Source: Camelus dromedarius (Eukaryota). From it: a stretch of DNA of 64,000 bases. Below the pieces are notes generated by a model that was not told the origin of the DNA, did not search any database, and saw only the letters and a program-made list of their open reading frames with translations. Of this stretch, positions 59,502-64,000 are shown in pieces. Location of the stretch: NCBI RefSeq assembly GCF_036321535.1, contig NC_087461.1, positions 19,468,001 to 19,532,000 on the forward strand, given 5' to 3'. The translations under genes were made by a program, and so were the position numbers. Within the stretch, counting starts at the first letter, position 1. Each line of letters opens with the position of its first letter.

Positions 59502-61380
59502 GGGTAAACCCTGAACACCCCCTTCCTTTGTGAGTAAGTACTTAAATGCACACTCACACACACTTACTTTCTCATTTATGGCACAATGAGCTTAAGTGTT
59601 TAAGTGGAAGTAAGTGGGGGGGGAACCCCAAAACAACAGTCCACCCTGTGAATCCTTCCCTCCCCACCCCTAGAAACTGTTTATAGATTTTGAATATCAG
59701 TCCAGTGGAAAGAATTCTATATTTTTTCAAGTAGATGATTCTTTCACTGAAGAAAAAAAAAAAAAACAAAAGATACTCAAGTATATCTTGCACATTTTTT
59801 TAAAGCTTAGCAGGCAAGGAGACAACACACATTTTGTCTCTTCCAGTCCTTTCCGGTCATTCCTCTTTGGCAGCTACTTTTCTTTTTACAGACTTCAGTG
59901 CAAGTCCTCACCAACAGCCATCTCAGCTTGTAACCCTGTTTGGTGCTGCAGTCAGCTGACTACTCTGTCTTCTCCCAAGTGCTTACACTCTACAGACTTA
60001 CACGTGATCAATCCTGTAATGCACATCAATTACTTGGGTCTCAATAAACCTGGTTTGTGGAAGCCAGATGCCCAACACCCCTCTAGCAGTCACAGTGGTA
60101 AGACGAGCTTCGCTATGACAGTCCTCAGGGAGGGGTTTACACCATCCTGGGAACATGGATGGAGGCAGAGGTGGTATTTCTTGAGGCAACTATCATATAT
60201 TGGGAAGTGGAATCTCAGAAGTGCCACAAAATTAGTTATTTTGGAACAGGCTAGGATAGGGAAGATAACTGTGAAGACTTTTACACACACTTAGGTTTTC
60301 TGACATCCCACTGTCTGGGTGATTTATTTCCCAGAAATCTTTTCTGTACTCTTCAGGCCAATATCTCTTCTTGCCTCACTGAAGGCAGGGAAAGGAACAA
60401 GACATCTATAAAGTGTTGTGTCCAAGAAAGGATTCTTGGTCTGAACATGAGATAATCAACTGAAGGAAAGTCTCTGCAGCATTTCTTCTGAACCCTGCTG
60501 TTGTAGGCAGGGGACTTCTGTTGCCAGCTGGATAACTCACTCTCTCTGACAGCCCTCCAGTCCCCATTCCCCAGCCACCTCCTACTCCTGCAGGACGTGG
60601 TAACCAGCCAGGAGTGCACTTTCTGTCCATCAATAACTGTTTGACTTACATTTTATTTACCTGAAATTCAATTTCTGCCCATTTCTTCTCAGCTCAATAA
60701 AACTCTTCAAGTAGGAAGTCAGCTCACCTTCCGCCGTATCTTCCCGAGTGTTTAATCTTCCATCAGCAGCTCAGTGCCAACTCACACTTTACCCCAGGGA
60801 CAGGTGAAGCCAAAAAAAAAAAAAAAAAAAAAAACTATCACTGTGCCACTGAGTTAAGAAGCCTATGAGAATTTGTTGAAATCTACTGGATAATAATTGA
60901 CAAAAATTTTTGAAACTCCATGAATGATTATTAAGCTTCTCTGTACTGTATGATTTACTTGCAAACTGATTACTTCTTATCAAGGTTACCCAAGCTCACA
61001 AAGAACTGTGGACACATGGAGAATGGCTTCCTACTTTCATGGAAGGCATTAATTCTGGAAAAGTCAGTGTAAACAATTTCCTCCTTTCAGTGAGCCTGAG
61101 ATACTGGTCAGCATCCAGCCTGTCCCAGGCACAGGAAGCCTGGTTTTCCTCCTTGAAATGAGGCTTCTTCTAACAGAGGGGACAGAACACTGCATCAGAA
61201 GGGGCCCTGTGACCTAGGAATCCAGGATCTGAGGAGCACACTGCTGCTGCCCAACAATGAATCACATATGAAGCGGCTACAAACACGCTTTCACTCAGCC
61301 TTGCTGAATAAGCTTCACTCATTCCTAAGCTTTATCTCAAAATTCCCGAAAACCATGGAAGGGATCCTGACTTTTATTTT

Positions 61381-61470
61381 CACATTCATTCATTCTCTCA
61401 TCCAGCAGATACTTATGAATACCTACTATGTGCCAGAAACAGACACAGACCCTATCACTGAACATTTGCT
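61381..61470 (-). mobile_element. L2 3' end fragment
   Basis: cattcattcattc...atacttatgaatacctactatgtgccag. Confidence 0.6.
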
Positions 61471-64000
61471 GAATGAAAGATTAAATAAGTTGTATTCTTA
61501 CTTTTAAAACATTTTTAAAGGTTGACACAAGTCGGCGCCTACAGGAATGACTGCAGTGAGCTTCTTAAACAAATTGCTCCATCCAGGCAAGTAATGCGAA
61601 TAAAATGGAGACAAAGACTTCATCAGAAAGGTAATAATGACTGAACATTATCTCCATCTTGTAGCTTTCAAGATGCAGAATATACTAGGATTTTTATATC
61701 ATTTTATCTTCAAGTTATATATGTATTTAAATACTTACGTACACATACACTTAAAAATCTTGCTTGCTTTCTAAAATAATGGTTCTGTTCTAAAAAGGCT
61801 TGCAGTCAAAGAGGGTTTTGTTTTTTTGTGGTTTTTTTTTTTCGGAGGGGAGAGGGTGGGAGGGCAAATAATACACTAGAATTCACGTGCAGCAGACTAG
61901 TTATTTTGAATGAGTCTGTACAAAGGTTATTTCCCTGTGAGACCAATGAGCTGCAGGAATTCTTCCAGCACACACCCTGAGGCCTCCTGTGCAAAAACCA
62001 CTTTCAAGGTCAAAATTACCCTGAGCTATTGGGAATAGAATACCTGGACAATCCTGGCACATAACATGTGATAAAATTTTGATGAATCTGCTACCTAATT
62101 GAATAATAACAACCATGATAGCACAAATCTCTATCTTATGGAAACACTGTGCTTTCTAAATATCTTGCCCAACATTGATCAAGTGGCAATTATTAATAAT
62201 ACCTTTTATTCAAAAGGTAAACAATAAAGCGTAATGTATACAATCCTCTAACCACTGATGCTTTATTAGAGGTGGAAGGCACTGTAAACAAAGATCTCTC
62301 CTTTACTGTTGGAACCAACAATCTCTGCTGGATATTCAAGTACCTGTGTGTTTAGAGGAAATCTTTACAAAGTAACATGTGTATCACAATATATGCACCG
62401 CACAACCAGAGAATAAGGAGGACAGGGGAAAACTTTTCATTTAAAATAAGGAAAAACCATGAGTAATCAAAGCCTAAACCAACGTACAAAGACAGCCTGA
62501 AAACGTGGCGTTGCAAACTAGCCTGGACAGCAAAGCAGTTCAGACAAGCCAAGGATGAGGTGGAAAAGAACACCGCCTCAGGACGGACAACAGGATTCGC
62601 CCACTGAGTCCACAGTATCTCTTCAACACCTACTGCGTGTCCAGAACTGTTCCCAGTACTTGGCACTTAAGTTCAAATTCCCACACAGCAGTAACTTTCA
62701 TGTCACCACATACCAGACATCAACCATATGCCTGATAAACTCGGCTACTCTTATTTACTGGTCAAGGCACAGAATGTGAAAATGTTATGGAGCAAATGCA
62801 GAAGACAAACCTGCACAAATTTTAATCTTGATCCGTAGCTACAATAAAATTTGGAAGAACCACATAAAATCTGCCCTCAAAAATCTACACTCAAAAAGCA
62901 AACTGGTATCACTAGCAGAGCAGTGATCTGGAAGAAATCTGGGTCCCTGCACAAACTGGTGGAGCCGACAGCAGCCTTGTGTGAGAGAGGAGCACTTCTT
63001 GGTCCTTTAAGCTGCTGTATTATGGAGCCTCTCTGTCCCAGCAGCCCCACTTCACCCTAGAGCACCCACTGTTTGTGCCATTATTAAGTAAGAACAAACT
63101 ACTAAAACATGCCCGTGTACTATGAATGCATCCTTGCAAAAACCCACTGTACATGACCCAGCACTCCCACGTGGGGGTGTACACCCAGGGGAGCTGAAGC
63201 AGGGAGGAGCAGACCTCAAGCACTTCTGGCTGCTCCCACCCCGTGTCCATTCTCTTCTCTGTGGAGAAACAGAAATCGCACACTTCAAATTCCAGCCCAG
63301 TCTACCACTACTCGGCCACTTGACCTCAGACAGTTATTTCATCTCTCAGTATTTCTCATCTGCTGGGTGATCTGCGATTTTAAATTACAATCATCCTCAA
63401 AAGCCAAATCTGTAAGAACAGTAAGCAGCTAGTTTCGGGTCGAGGGGAGGAGGGAACCTTGCCCACTATTCTGTTCCACACCCACTTCCTGGACAATGCG
63501 AAGCTGCCTCAGAATCCTGGGGTCCACAGAGCAGGCCACAGAATCAGAGCATCTTTCAAGCCTGCAGTATAGGCAGCGAACTGCACGGGTTCAGGGAAAA
63601 TGGCAGCGCAGCTCAAAAGAGACCTTGTGCCTGAGGGAGTGCTTCTCACGAGCCTCCTGGCCCCCCAGTAAAGCGTTCTGCCCCAAGAGCCGTCCCCCTC
63701 CCCCCTACCCCCGATCAGAGGCAGGCCTAGAGAGAAGGGAAACAAACGCTGGTATGAGAAAGGAGCTGAGAAAGTCACTGACGCTGACGTGAACCATCAG
63801 CTACGCCAACGTGCCTGCCAAACCCAAACTTCTCACTGGTCACCTGACCCGAATTCCTCACGGGCATTTAAGCTCAGCACTAAACCAGCATCATCCAGAA
63901 TTCCTCGCAGCACGCACACTTCCCGAGGAGGCCAGCACTTGGTGGTAGCGTCCTCTGCGTTCCCTGGGCCTTCTCTTACATATTTCACCCTGAACTACAA

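Overview
Mammalian genomic DNA, most likely camelid: it carries a Vic-1-like tRNA-derived SINE and L1 3' ends of the camelid type. The whole window is a broken DIP2C (disco-interacting protein 2 homolog C) locus, and no intact protein-coding gene is supported. Exon numbers follow the 37-exon human gene as I recall it. On the + strand (2944-35150) I can place exons 10-14 and 18-29, with exon lengths and phases matching DIP2C. This copy has multiple disablements: exons 15-17 are absent, the exon 18 acceptor is GG, a 525-bp solo ERV LTR sits inside exon 23 with a 4-bp target-site duplication, exon 24 has a 1-bp deletion, and the exon 27 and exon 29 donors are lost. About 1 residue in 10 differs from my recalled human sequence, many through CpG transitions. 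On the - strand (47955-49760) are DIP2C exon 2 and a 168-nt in-frame cassette exon, with intron 1 running off the right end. The two parts converge: intron 29 (+) is joined to intron 2 (-), which is the junction a single large intragenic inversion would leave. The rest is intronic sequence with L1, MaLR, MIR, L2 and MER-type repeats, plus five N runs of 134-154 nt, all inside L1s. Most ORFs in the supplied track are chance GC-rich ORFs. All repeat family names and homology calls are by eye and from memory; no database search was run.
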